From Octopus sinensis (taxonomy: Eukaryota), in assembly GCF_006345805.1 (NCBI RefSeq), contig NC_042999.1, positions 131,502,001 to 131,566,000 on the forward strand: a stretch of 64,000 bases of DNA, in the 5' to 3' direction. A program made the translations under genes and the position numbers. The notes beneath the pieces were generated by a model that saw only the letters and a list, made by a program, of their open reading frames with translations, searched no databases and was not told the DNA's origin. This document shows, one piece after another, positions 27,157-38,300 of the stretch (position 1 is its first letter; the number at the start of each line of letters is the position of its first letter).

Positions 27157-27695
27157 ATACCATAACCCGTGGCCTCTACATGGGATGTAGCCAGTCCACT
27201 TATGCATACCTTTCCTTCTTGGGACACAAAACTCTACTTGTGAAGACCTGTTGAGGCAAGTGAAAATCAAAATCGAAATCGATCAACATCAATGGAAATT
27301 GCAGCTGTGATACCAGTGCCGGTGGTACATAAGAGAACCATCCAAACGTGGCCGTTGCCAGCGCCGCCCCGACTGGCCTCGTGCCGGTGGCACATAAAAA
27401 GCACCATCCGATCGTGGCCATTGCCAGCCTCGCCTGGCCCCCATGCCAGTGGCACGTAAAAAGCACCATCCGATCATGGCTGTTTACCGGCCTCATCTGG
27501 CACCTGTGCCGGTGGCACGTAAAAAGCACCCACTACACTCATGGAGTGGTTGGCGTTAGGAAGGGCATCCAGCCGTAGAAACATTGCCAGATCAGACTGG
27601 GCCTGGTGCAGCCTTCTGGCTTCCCAGACCCCAGTTGAACCGTCCAACCCATGCTAGCATGGAAAGCGGACGCTAAACAATGATGATGATGATGA
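27157..27695 (+). mobile_element. RTE 3' UTR inserted into a family A SINE (SINE halves at 27057-27150 and 27700-27768)
   Basis: Three repeat units, conserved 3' terminus and (GAT)n tail; the flanks are complementary SINE halves. Confidence 0.85.
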
Positions 27696-29039
27696 AAAAA
27701 AGCCAGAAGAAATAAATACCACGAAGCATTTCATCCAGAATGATAATGATTCTGCCAAGCTTGCTGACTTAAGTATGCCATTAATAATAAATCCTTATTC
27801 AATATTATTCAACTTCTTTTATTGTCCTCTAGTAGTGGAGGTAGACTGCACACTAAAGTCAAAATGTGCAGAGAGACCACCAGGAGAAGTGTAAATGGCT
27901 GGGTAGATTGCACACTAAAATAACACCAACTGCTGTATATTTGTGTTCTCCAATATCAGATTTTATACTTAAAATTTCATAAATTTAATATTCTACTAGC
28001 TATTAATGATATGCATGAACAAACTTTGCTATTTCAACACAAAAGCAATATCCATTGCAAACTTATGGCAGTGGAATTGCCATAAGACAACAGAATGATG
28101 GTTTGTTCCACTCAGATCTTAAATTCAAATCCCATCAGAGTAAATTTTATTGTTTGTCCTTCCAGTATCAGTCAAATGCAATCATTGATTCAGTTAACTT
28201 TCTAGTTTATGTCCCAAAAAAGATATCTAAACCTTGTAATGCAACTATGTCAAAAGTTGTTCGAATTCATTCTGAGTTCAAATTCGCTTGGGTTACGTGG
28301 ATTTCAAATCCTTAAGAGCAATAGAAATAAGTATTAGGAATACATTACAGATAATTTGAAAATTAGCCTTGTACTTTATTACCAAAATGAACTACTATTT
28401 ATTATGAATTTGTAATTGCTTTAAATGCAACACAGAAAGTGATTAATTAGTAAAACTAATTAATTAATGACATAAGTATAAGCATTCTATAAAAAAAAAA
28501 AATGCATGCAATTAATGTTTACAGTGGGAAATGAATGTGACCTTATCATATGGCTATAAGCATTATCGCATTCAATTGTAGCAATACTACTTGATGGAAT
28601 ATATGAACAAAAAGAAATTAATCCCAATGATAAGTCTAAACAAAGATAAAAAGAATCTAATGGGAGATATTGAAAATCAAATTGTATGAGATTAAATTAA
28701 CTGCAATAAAAATATAACCAACATAGGTAAAAATAATGCACTACAATTTGCTGATCTGATAAAATCTAGAATGAGAATACACATTATTAGAAAATATAGT
28801 TTTGTTGTTTTTTTTTTCTGTTTTTAAAGAATTAAATATTTTCTTGAAGTGTTATTTATAATAGAGTTACTCGTAAAATTTCTTGATTCCAATTTTAAAT
28901 TTATACAAAGATTTTTGTTTAACCTGGGGCTTATTTGGGACTAAACACCAGATTCATGAATGCGGGATATAACATACAGTAGTTGAATAAGTGCAAATCT
29001 GTAGTAGCACACACTAATAATACAAAGCTAAATTCAGGA

Positions 29040-29425
29040 ACTACTCCGTGGTACATAAAAAGCACCATCCGAACGTGGCCGATGCCAGCGCCGCCCCGAC
29101 TGGCTCCTGTGCTGGTGGCACATAAAAAGCACCATCCGAACGTGGCCGATGCCAGCGCCGCCCCAACTGGCTTCTGTGCCGGTGGCACGTAAAAAGCTCC
29201 AACCGATCGTGGCCGATGCCGGACCTCCCTGGCACCTGTGCAGGTGGCACATGAAAAGCACCCACTACACTCGCGGAGTGGTTGGCGTTAGGAAGGGCAT
29301 CCAGCTGTAGAAACTCTGCCAGATCAGACTGGAGCCTGTTGCAGCCCCTGGCTTCCCAGACCCCGGTCGAACCATCCAACCCGTGCTAGCACGGAAAACG
29401 GACGTTAAACGATGATGATGATGAT
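29040..29425 (+). mobile_element. RTE 3' UTR fragment
   Basis: Repeat units with GTGCCGGTGGCAC hairpin, conserved terminus, (GAT)n tail. Confidence 0.9.
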
Positions 29426-29440
29426 ATATATATATATAAA

Positions 29441-29810
29441 ACTAAATGTTTCAACTACATGTACTACCAGTAGTTTCCCGTACATGCATACGTTCATCAG
29501 GCACCAATCACACTATACTCCCAAAACTTTAGTTTAAATAGAGGAACAGTTTAGAACCACCACAAAGATAAAGCATGTCTAATGAAAGATACCACCTTGA
29601 GTAAAATAAAATAAAATAAAAATTAAAATTAAATTTTACTCATCAAGGTGGTATCTTCCATTAGACATGCTTTATCATTTGCTGATTCTAAACTGTTCCT
29701 CTATTTAAACTAAAGTTTTGGGAGTATAGTGCAATTGGTGCCTGATGAACATACGCATGTACAGGAAACTATTAGTAGCGTGATAAGTTCATGTAGTTGA
29801 AACGTTTAGT
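29441..29810. repeat. Fold-back element with ~170-bp imperfect arms and an AT-rich loop
   Basis: 29441-29607 is the reverse complement of 29633-29810, with scattered substitutions and two small indels. Confidence 0.9.
29461..29504 (-). ncRNA. Minimal type I hammerhead motif in the left arm of a fold-back; decayed mirror copy on plus at 29738-29781
   Basis: Minus strand reads GTGC-CTGATGA-A-CGTA-TGCATG-TACG-G-GAAAC-TACTG-GTA-GTAC: 4-bp stem I, 4-bp stem II, near-palindromic minimal stem III, GUA triplet. Confidence 0.5.
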
Positions 29811-29902
29811 AATATTGAACTCTCATTGGATGGAGTACTATTTGTATTGACTTTTACGCAGCTAATTTCTTGTTTAATGGTCATTTTCACAGCATATTTT
29901 GA

Positions 29903-29977
29903 TTGCCTCAATAACTGAAGAGATGCCGGAGCAGGTTTCCACCCCAACATCCAAAACTTGGAGTTTTATTTTGGCAA
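29903..29977 (+). ncRNA. Degenerate type I hammerhead motif (G12 apparently mutated to A)
   Basis: TTGCC..AATAA / TTATT..GGCAA stem I; CTGAAGA 29915-21; GATG/CATC stem II; AAAAC in place of GAAAC; ACTT-G-GAGT stem III; GTT triplet. Confidence 0.45.
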
Positions 29978-32900
29978 CCGAATAATTGTCACATATTATA
30001 TTACAGATATATTATATATATATATATATATATATAATATTCTTTTACTTGCTTCAGTCATTTAACTGTGGCCATTGAAGAAATTTTAGTCAAATGAATC
30101 AACCCCAGTACTTATATTTTTTTAAAGCCTGGTACTTATTCTATCAATCTCTTTTGCCAAACCACTAAGTTATGGGGACATAAACACACCAACATTGGTT
30201 GTGAAGCGGTGGTGGTGGATAAACACACACACACATGATGGGCTTCTTTCAGTTTCTATCTACTAAATCCACTCACAAGGCTTTGGTCGGCCTGCGGCTA
30301 TAGTAACACTTGCCCAAGGTGCCACACAGTGGAACTGAACCCGGCACCATGTGGTTGGGAAGCAAACTTGTTACCACACAACCAGGCCCACACCTATATA
30401 TCAATATATATATAATGATAAATAGCATGAAAGATAAAGCTGGGTTGTCTAACTAAACACATAGAGCAAACAAAAGTTTTGAAAAAAACTAGCATATAAG
30501 AAGTGAATGATAATTAAAAGAATATCATTTACTGTCCATTTAACATATGATATTGTTTTCAATTTTTGGTACAAGACCAGATTTAATTTACACTTTAATT
30601 ATACAACATATGATATTAATGTCAAGAATGTGTAAAGTGATCTCTAACAGACAAGCAGCTTGAAAAACCAATAGTGAAAAAAATCCAAAATGCATTATTA
30701 CAATAAAAAAAGGGAATCCTTTGAAAGGAAATGTCTAAACTAATAGTTTCTTAATTACTTGTCAGGATTTATACTTAAATATCATTAACGACATATTTCT
30801 AATCAAACATTGTACCACAGAAGATCCATGTGAGAACAAAGAGAAACATAATTAGAAAAATAAACACATCTAACTATGGGACACACTTTAAGTAGTTGAC
30901 TCCAACTTCAGTGATGAAAGCATGTCTGCTGTCTATGGAAAAAAATATGTAGTGCAAACAAAACATGTATTTAAACTCTTTGAAGCAATTCTCAACATCT
31001 GCAAAATAGAATAGCACATGTTGTAGGAAAGGTGAGAGAGAACTGAAAAAGAAAGGCATTTGAAATAGTTGATATATGATAGTGAAAGTATTTTTGCGTT
31101 GCAAAACATGACTTAGATTTGAAGTAGTCAGTTCAACAAATGGTAATCAAGTTTTCTGAACAAGAAGGAAAAAGAAACAATCTCTACAGCTATTTTACTG
31201 CTAGTAGAAAAACCAGAAAATGTTACTGTCAGAATGTACAACTTTGAAGCTAACATTTTCACATTTAATGCCCATAGCCTAAGTTGACATGTGAAATAAT
31301 TCAAGAAAATAATCTAATTATAGGCACAGGTGTAGCTGTGTGATACGAAACTTGCTTCTCAGCCACATGGCTTGAGGTTCACTCCCACCGTGTAGTGCCT
31401 TGGGCAAGTGTCTTATATTATAGTCTCAGGCTAATGTCAAGAATGTGTAAAGCCTTGTGAGTGGGGCTTGATAGGTAGAAACTGAAAGAAGCCCATCGTG
31501 TGTGTGTGTGCTTGTCCTCCACCACCATCACTTGATAACCAGTGCTGGTGTGTTTACGTGCCCGCAACCTAGCAGTTCAGCAAATGAGACCTATAGAATA
31601 AGTACTGGGCTTTAAAAATAAAAACACTGGGTTCAATAAATTCAACTAAAAATTCTTCAAAGTGATGCCCCAGCATGGCCACAGTCTAATGACTGAAACA
31701 AAAGATATAAGATAAATTAAATGTACCCATTAGACTCATGTGACATCCACTAGGCACACATTTCATCTAGACATTATGCTTTTGAAATGAAGAATTCTCA
31801 AGTAAACCTCACCATTACTTTTTAAAAGGTTAATCATTAAAAATCTATATTTTCAGTTTTGAACATTAAGATTACAACTATAATGTATATCCAACTTTAA
31901 TTCTTTGTAATTATCCATACTAATTATGAATACTTATGTCATTACAATTATTCATACAGCACTTGGTTACTAAGCATGAATGATGACAGAGTGAATGACC
32001 ACTAATGACTGCTGTGGAGAGAAAAAATAGTATCACAAAGAAAATATAAAATCAAGCAGCACACAAGTGAAGCAAATGAAAGGGAACTGCTAGATGTTCA
32101 GTTGCTGCTCCAACTAACAAAATAATTCATTAGGAAAGTTAACAAGAAATAGTCAGAAATATTTGGATAACTTTTAGCTAAACTGGTAGATTATGTAATG
32201 ATGCTCAGTGCAGTAGTTTTGACTTTTTATCTCATTAATTTGCCCTGCATGATAAAAAGATAAAGAAGAAATGTAGGACAATAGAGTTATTAAAAGCTAG
32301 GTGTATGAGAAGTTGTTGTCAAGCCTATCATTAATGGTTAGGGAAATCTTTGAATTGTCCAACTGGAAATGTTACTAACAACATGTTTCTATGTAATAAA
32401 AATGAAATAACTTAGATGGGTGTTTACATCTGATAATGTGTAATGAAATGAAAAATTATTATTAGCAATTGTAAAGAAACTCATCAAGAAAACGGTACAG
32501 ACAGAGAAAATATGATAAATGTTATGCTAAAATTAAATTGCAACTTACTATACTGCAATTTGATAAAATCACCTAATCTGAGCAGGCAGTGAATTACTAA
32601 GACTATGATATATTTTGGGGGTGAATAATGACAGTAATTAGTATGGTACAATGGAACACTCAGCTAGTACAGTGAAAAATAATGAAATTGCTTTCTTGTT
32701 TAGCTAGTTGCCTAAAATAGAGGCAATAAGAAAAAAACTTCACTCAGGTAAATCTTGTTTACAGATGAGACTATAACAAAGTTTCTAAATACACAAGCCA
32801 ATAGTACTTAACTTACTAAGCTCTTGGCAACCAATATAAGGATTAACAATGAGTAATTAAGTTAATACAATTAAATCAAATAGGAAGCATATATGATCAC

Positions 32901-33399
32901 GTGTACTGTTAAGATCTTATATTCACATGTGACGTTTAATAGAGGAAAATAATTCAGAATGTTTTATTCAGACCTATATATTAAAAAACAAAAAAGTATC
33001 TTTTAAATTAAACTTATCTTTCCTATTTCATTTGTACTTTATAGTAAGAAGAGTTATTATTTCAAAATATGAAATATATAAATGATAATTATTTTTTAAT
33101 AAAGTTGTCTGAGAAAGGATAATACTCGTAGTTTGTGGGGAGTTATGGATAAATAAGCCTTTACACTAATTTCATTGCAATAATTTCAAGTGAATATGAA
33201 AGTCATTTATTTCTAAGCTGCAAAGATGGTATCTTTCTGAATAATCACAAAGAAGTATATATCTAGATACATGTTCATTCAGTCTTTATCTTAAACAATG
33301 AGGGATAAAAACCCTGAGAGAAAACTATTTTTTTATTTTATCTTATTCTAGTGAGGAGAGACAATGCCCATGCTCTTTGTTAAATTGATGAAGTTGATG

Positions 33400-35340
33400 T
33401 TGAACTTCTAAAAGTTGACACTTGTAGAGAAAGAGGTGGGACTGAGTTCTGGATGGTTGCAGTTCCAAGGATGAAGATTTTGGAAAAAGTCCAACCCATG
33501 CCAATATCAAAAACGGATGTTAAATGATGATGATGATATCGACAACGACAACAATGATGATGATGATGTTTAGTGCTGGGTTATAGTAGGAATGGCAACA
33601 TGATGGAAGAAATACATAGCTTGCTAATTCAAAGGAGCAGGAACTATTGTAGTAGTGATAGATAAGTCAGAGGATAGACAAGGCACTATCCCACATATGT
33701 GAATAGTAGTCTAGTAGGAATTGAACTTCTGTCTGGTATGAGTTCAGCAGCTGTTCAAAACTGCAGTAGTTTTTGGCACAGAAGACAAGGCCTAGTCAAT
33801 AACATGCAATTTTGGGTACATTAAATATTATCATCATCATCATCACACACATACACACACACACAATTGTCATGAAAGATCATGAGGTACTAGGTGGCAC
33901 AGTGTCTGTAGTTTGTTCTTTGGTATGTGTAACTATATTTTAAAGACATTGTTAAGGGAAACTGGAAGCATGTGGTTCAGTGTTTGTAACATGTTGTTAA
34001 ATGAATCTTTGCCAAACAAACAACATTCCTTTTGATAAAGTCTAGATAGATTCTATGAGTAGCAGCAACACATCCTGAATGAAGAACTGTCTGGCCCTGA
34101 AGAAGAGGGCTAATGCTTGTGATGAAGTCTATGTTTTATAGATATATATATATATATGAGTGAAGGTGAAACCCAGAATTTGCACCAGTTTTTAACAGCT
34201 TTAGTTGTATGTGTGTTATTCAAAATGAAACAAAGCGACATACATCACTATTCCCATGATTGTGATTTTGTATCATTGAAAGGAACTGAGGTGCTATGTC
34301 CCCAGTGTAGGATGTTCTCAAATACTTTGTTCATTGAGGCAATATTTGTTGGTATGAGATGTTTAGACTGTGCATGGATGACACCTGTATACAGAAAGCT
34401 AAGGAAGAGTGAAGCGGCCTGATCTGCTTAGGAGTACATTAGACTTTGCAGGCAGAATGTGGACCAAAGAAAGTTGCATGAGCACATGCTGCAATGGTGT
34501 AATCAACAGAAAACTTCCAATGCAAAGAGAGAAGGAAGAAACATAATTAGAAAATTATGCTCAGTTTCCATGCCAAAGTCAAAGGATTTTCTGATGACAT
34601 GTGCAAGAACAATGCTTTAATGGAATTTCTCAATATCAAAGGAACATTGGTGAGTGACAGGAGAGCAAGTTTCCTATAAAACTCACTCCATAGAAGCCAT
34701 ACTAAAGATCACTGAGGTGGGAAAGAAAATAATGTTGGAGGTGTTACTTCTATTTCCAACGCTGAGATGTTAGAAGTGGGGATGATTAGAATGTACTTGG
34801 CAAGGTTGTCTTTCTTGTGGATGAAAAACACTAGATTTTGCTTATGAAGATCATGATAGATCCTAGTAGAGAGAGAAAAACTGAAGTGCTTGCTGAGAAC
34901 AGGAACTAGCTTAAAAGCGCATTATTTGTGGGTGACAGAAAGGACACTTGAGACTGATGGTCTTGTTAAGTTGGAGACATTAGATTTTTATGAAGGTGGC
35001 AACTGCATATAAACAGTGATGAGACAAATGACATTGAGAATTAAAGAGTTTAGGAGTTTTGGTAGGTGCCTGTAGTAATGAATTAAGAAATGAACTAAAC
35101 AACAGAAGTGGTGCAGCTTACAAATCCTAGTGATGGATAGAAGGATTCTGTAAAGTTGATAGACCAAAAAGCTCTGTTACAACTTGAGCAGAGATAAAAC
35201 TTGCAGACTGTATAGAGCACAAAGGCAACTTTTGCCTTTCCAGTTGGAGTCTGACAAGTGTTGTGGTGGTGGGTGACTTCCTCCAGGTGTTGTAGGCTGT
35301 GTTCTTTACCTGTACTGTAACTGCTGAATGAGACCCAACT
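33400..35340 (-). mobile_element. Decayed CR1/L2-group LINE remnant
   Basis: Fragments such as AAATHR.Y and FW..SK.....NS.PPL resemble the EN-RT linker of CR1-group elements; many stops. Confidence 0.35.
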
Positions 35341-38300
35341 TCAGGCCCAAAATTGTTTCAGAGGGAAACTATGTGTTTATGCTAAACAGCTACATTGAGT
35401 GCTTTAATTAGATTTGAAGTTCCACTCTATGTTTTGCATTAAAGATTAATGCAGAAGATGGGAAGAAATAAAATTCTTTTATAAACTAAAAACTATAACT
35501 GGATTCAAACTTTTACATTAAACAACAATTATTTCCACCTCAAAAAGGAAAAAAAGAAACTATCAGTTGAAATCAATAGAAGAAAATACTGTCACATGAA
35601 CAAGACCAAATGAGTTCTATATTGAATACTTTGTCTGATCAGTATTATCAGTTTGTTTATTTGATGTACTTATCTTTCAGCTTGTTTATTACATATTATA
35701 TTTGATTAAAGAAAAGAAATATAAACTTAAGTGTATGAAATCTGATAAGATTGATCAATCAAACTATTCTATTAACCAATGATATGCTCAGTCCAATGTA
35801 CTTTCATTTTACAGTAGTACTTGAACTATATATAGCCTCATGTATGTGCGTTTCTAACATAAAATGAAAATGTCTTCTAAGCACTAAGAAATTTTTAAGG
35901 GCTAGTTGTATTTTAGGTTCTTGGCAAACAAACAAACATGGTAAATCTCCTATGGTTAGCATGTTGGTCTACTGCAAATAACCTTCTAAGATTACTTATT
36001 CTTTACAACTAAGCAAATTCAAGCAGTATAGAAAAAAAAAAGTGTTCTGCTCTGAAATACACACACACACCCGTCTCATCATCATTTAACATCTAAGTTA
36101 CATGTTGGCATGAATTGAATAGTTCCAATGAGCCAGAGGACTGTGTTGGGCTCCAATATCTGTTTTCACATGGTTTGTACAGCTGGATGTCCTTCTTAAT
36201 GCCAACCACTTTACAGAGTGTACTGGGTGATTTTTTTCATGGCACTGATGCTAGTGAAGTCATCAAGGAACTCTCAAAACAAGTCTCTTTGAATCAGTGA
36301 TGGAATAAATAGCAGGTGAAGGAGCTTTATACCAGATGTTGGTAGGCTAATGTATGATGGGACAGGGACAGGTGTATTGCTGTAGAGGAGTTACATGGCT
36401 ACCACACATTATATAAGTAAGGATGGCAGTAGCTGGAAAAGGAGATAAATGTGGTGATAAGGTATCAATGCATACTCTAAAAGTACAGGTGAATAAAAGA
36501 GAGAATAAGTACCTCAGGAAGGCTGCAGTTCAATGACCAAAACCAGTAAAAGATTATATAATTTTACATTCATTTTTCATTCCGGTATGGGTGGGATAAC
36601 TTGTTGCAATTGGAGTCAGTACGTATTCAAGGGTACAGCACACTAAGATGGGCAAGGACCTAATCTCACATTTCATTTTTGGCTAGGTTTCTACAGCTTG
36701 ATGCCCTTCCTCATACCACCCATTTTACAGAGTATGCTGGGTACTTCTTTCAAAGCATCAGTAGTAGAGAGGTATCATGTCCCTGACAAGAATAGAGGGT
36801 CCTCACAACAACACATCTTTGCTTGCTTATCAGCTTCTGTACAGAGTGAAAAGCATGAATGATAGTGAAGAGAGAAAGTGCAATAAAGGGTGGAATGATA
36901 GAAGTAATACATCTCACATAGATGTCTACATATCATATAAGAAGGATAAAATAATAACTCTTTAACTAGTTCCAGCTCGAAAGCTGCAGCCATGCTGGGA
37001 TACCACTGTTAAAGGCAAAGTTGACCCTAGCAGCATTCAAAGTCAGAATGTAAAGTCAAAAAAAATTCCACTAAGCATTTTGCCCAACACTATAACAATT
37101 CTGCGAGCTCACCATGTTTTATCAAGAGTTAGTGTGAAAGACTACTCAGATTATATTATTCCTGCTTGAAATTTCAATTTTGGTAGCACAACCGATTCAG
37201 TCAATTCCAGTACCTTCTCATACCTGGTAGATTACTCAATGCATGTAAACTGAATTCAAAATAGTAAAATCCCAAACAAGAGAAATATACTGTGCCAAAA
37301 CCAAATTGTTTTCATATGATGGCATTTATAGAGAGCAATGGATAGAGCTTGTGGACAGTTTTGTTGAACTAGCTAACCAAAGAGTTAACTATAAACTCCT
37401 CATGCATAAATTCTCTTCTTTTAAATAATAAAATACATAGCAAAGTAGCTAATTAGAAAATCTCTATAATAGATGAAAGCTTTCATCTCTTATAGAAATG
37501 TTCTATCTAGTTACTTTGCTTGTTGTAAGATCAGTGACAGATTGTCATTTATTTTTCTATATACGGCAAGCTGGAGTGAACTACTGCTATCTCTAGCAGA
37601 CAGGTGTCCAGCACTGAGGATGAACAAAAATAGCTCAAAACCAGACGGTCTGCTGGTCCTGACAAGGTGGTAAGGATTTGCTTCCCTGCTTGCAATATAT
37701 ATCAGGTACAGATTGCATCGATAACCAGCTGGAGGAGGCATCCTATTGGGATTAAAAATGGTAGTAACATTGTTTCATATGTTGAAATGGCGACAAACAT
37801 TACTTCTCAAAATACATAGTGTTTACAAAGTCCTATGGGTTGCAGTTTGGCCGTGACTATTTTAGTATATGGATTCAAAAGCTTCTTTTTTAACTGGTTG
37901 AAACAGAAAAAGATTCCCTAAGGTACCCTGATTTAACAGGTCAGAATCAGTGTTAATCACAGTTCTATTGGGGCTCTGGCTCTGGATAGAGCTAGTGATA
38001 TACACGTCAGAGAATACTTTAAAAATTTTTTTTAAATAACAATAAATCCAGCTAGGGGCTGGACTAAACATTGCCATTGGCCGGATGTGGCTCATTAGCA
38101 ATATATTTGACACCCTTTCGATGCACATCTGATAGACAACCAGCCATACAACTGAAGAGTCACCTATAGCTTGATAAGCAAAATAAATGGGAGATATCAT
38201 TACAGCTGTATTTGTTGTTTAGCCTAAGGTCAGGTCAACCTTGATCAAACAAACCTGTGTGATTTGAGGTAGATTTTGATGCTATTTTTAACAGAGGGTC

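Noticed and set aside
36020-36051. Acceptor followed by (R)AE on the minus strand
   Set aside because: Continues as HFFFL, with no similarity to ARHGAP exon 2 and no donor at the expected distance.
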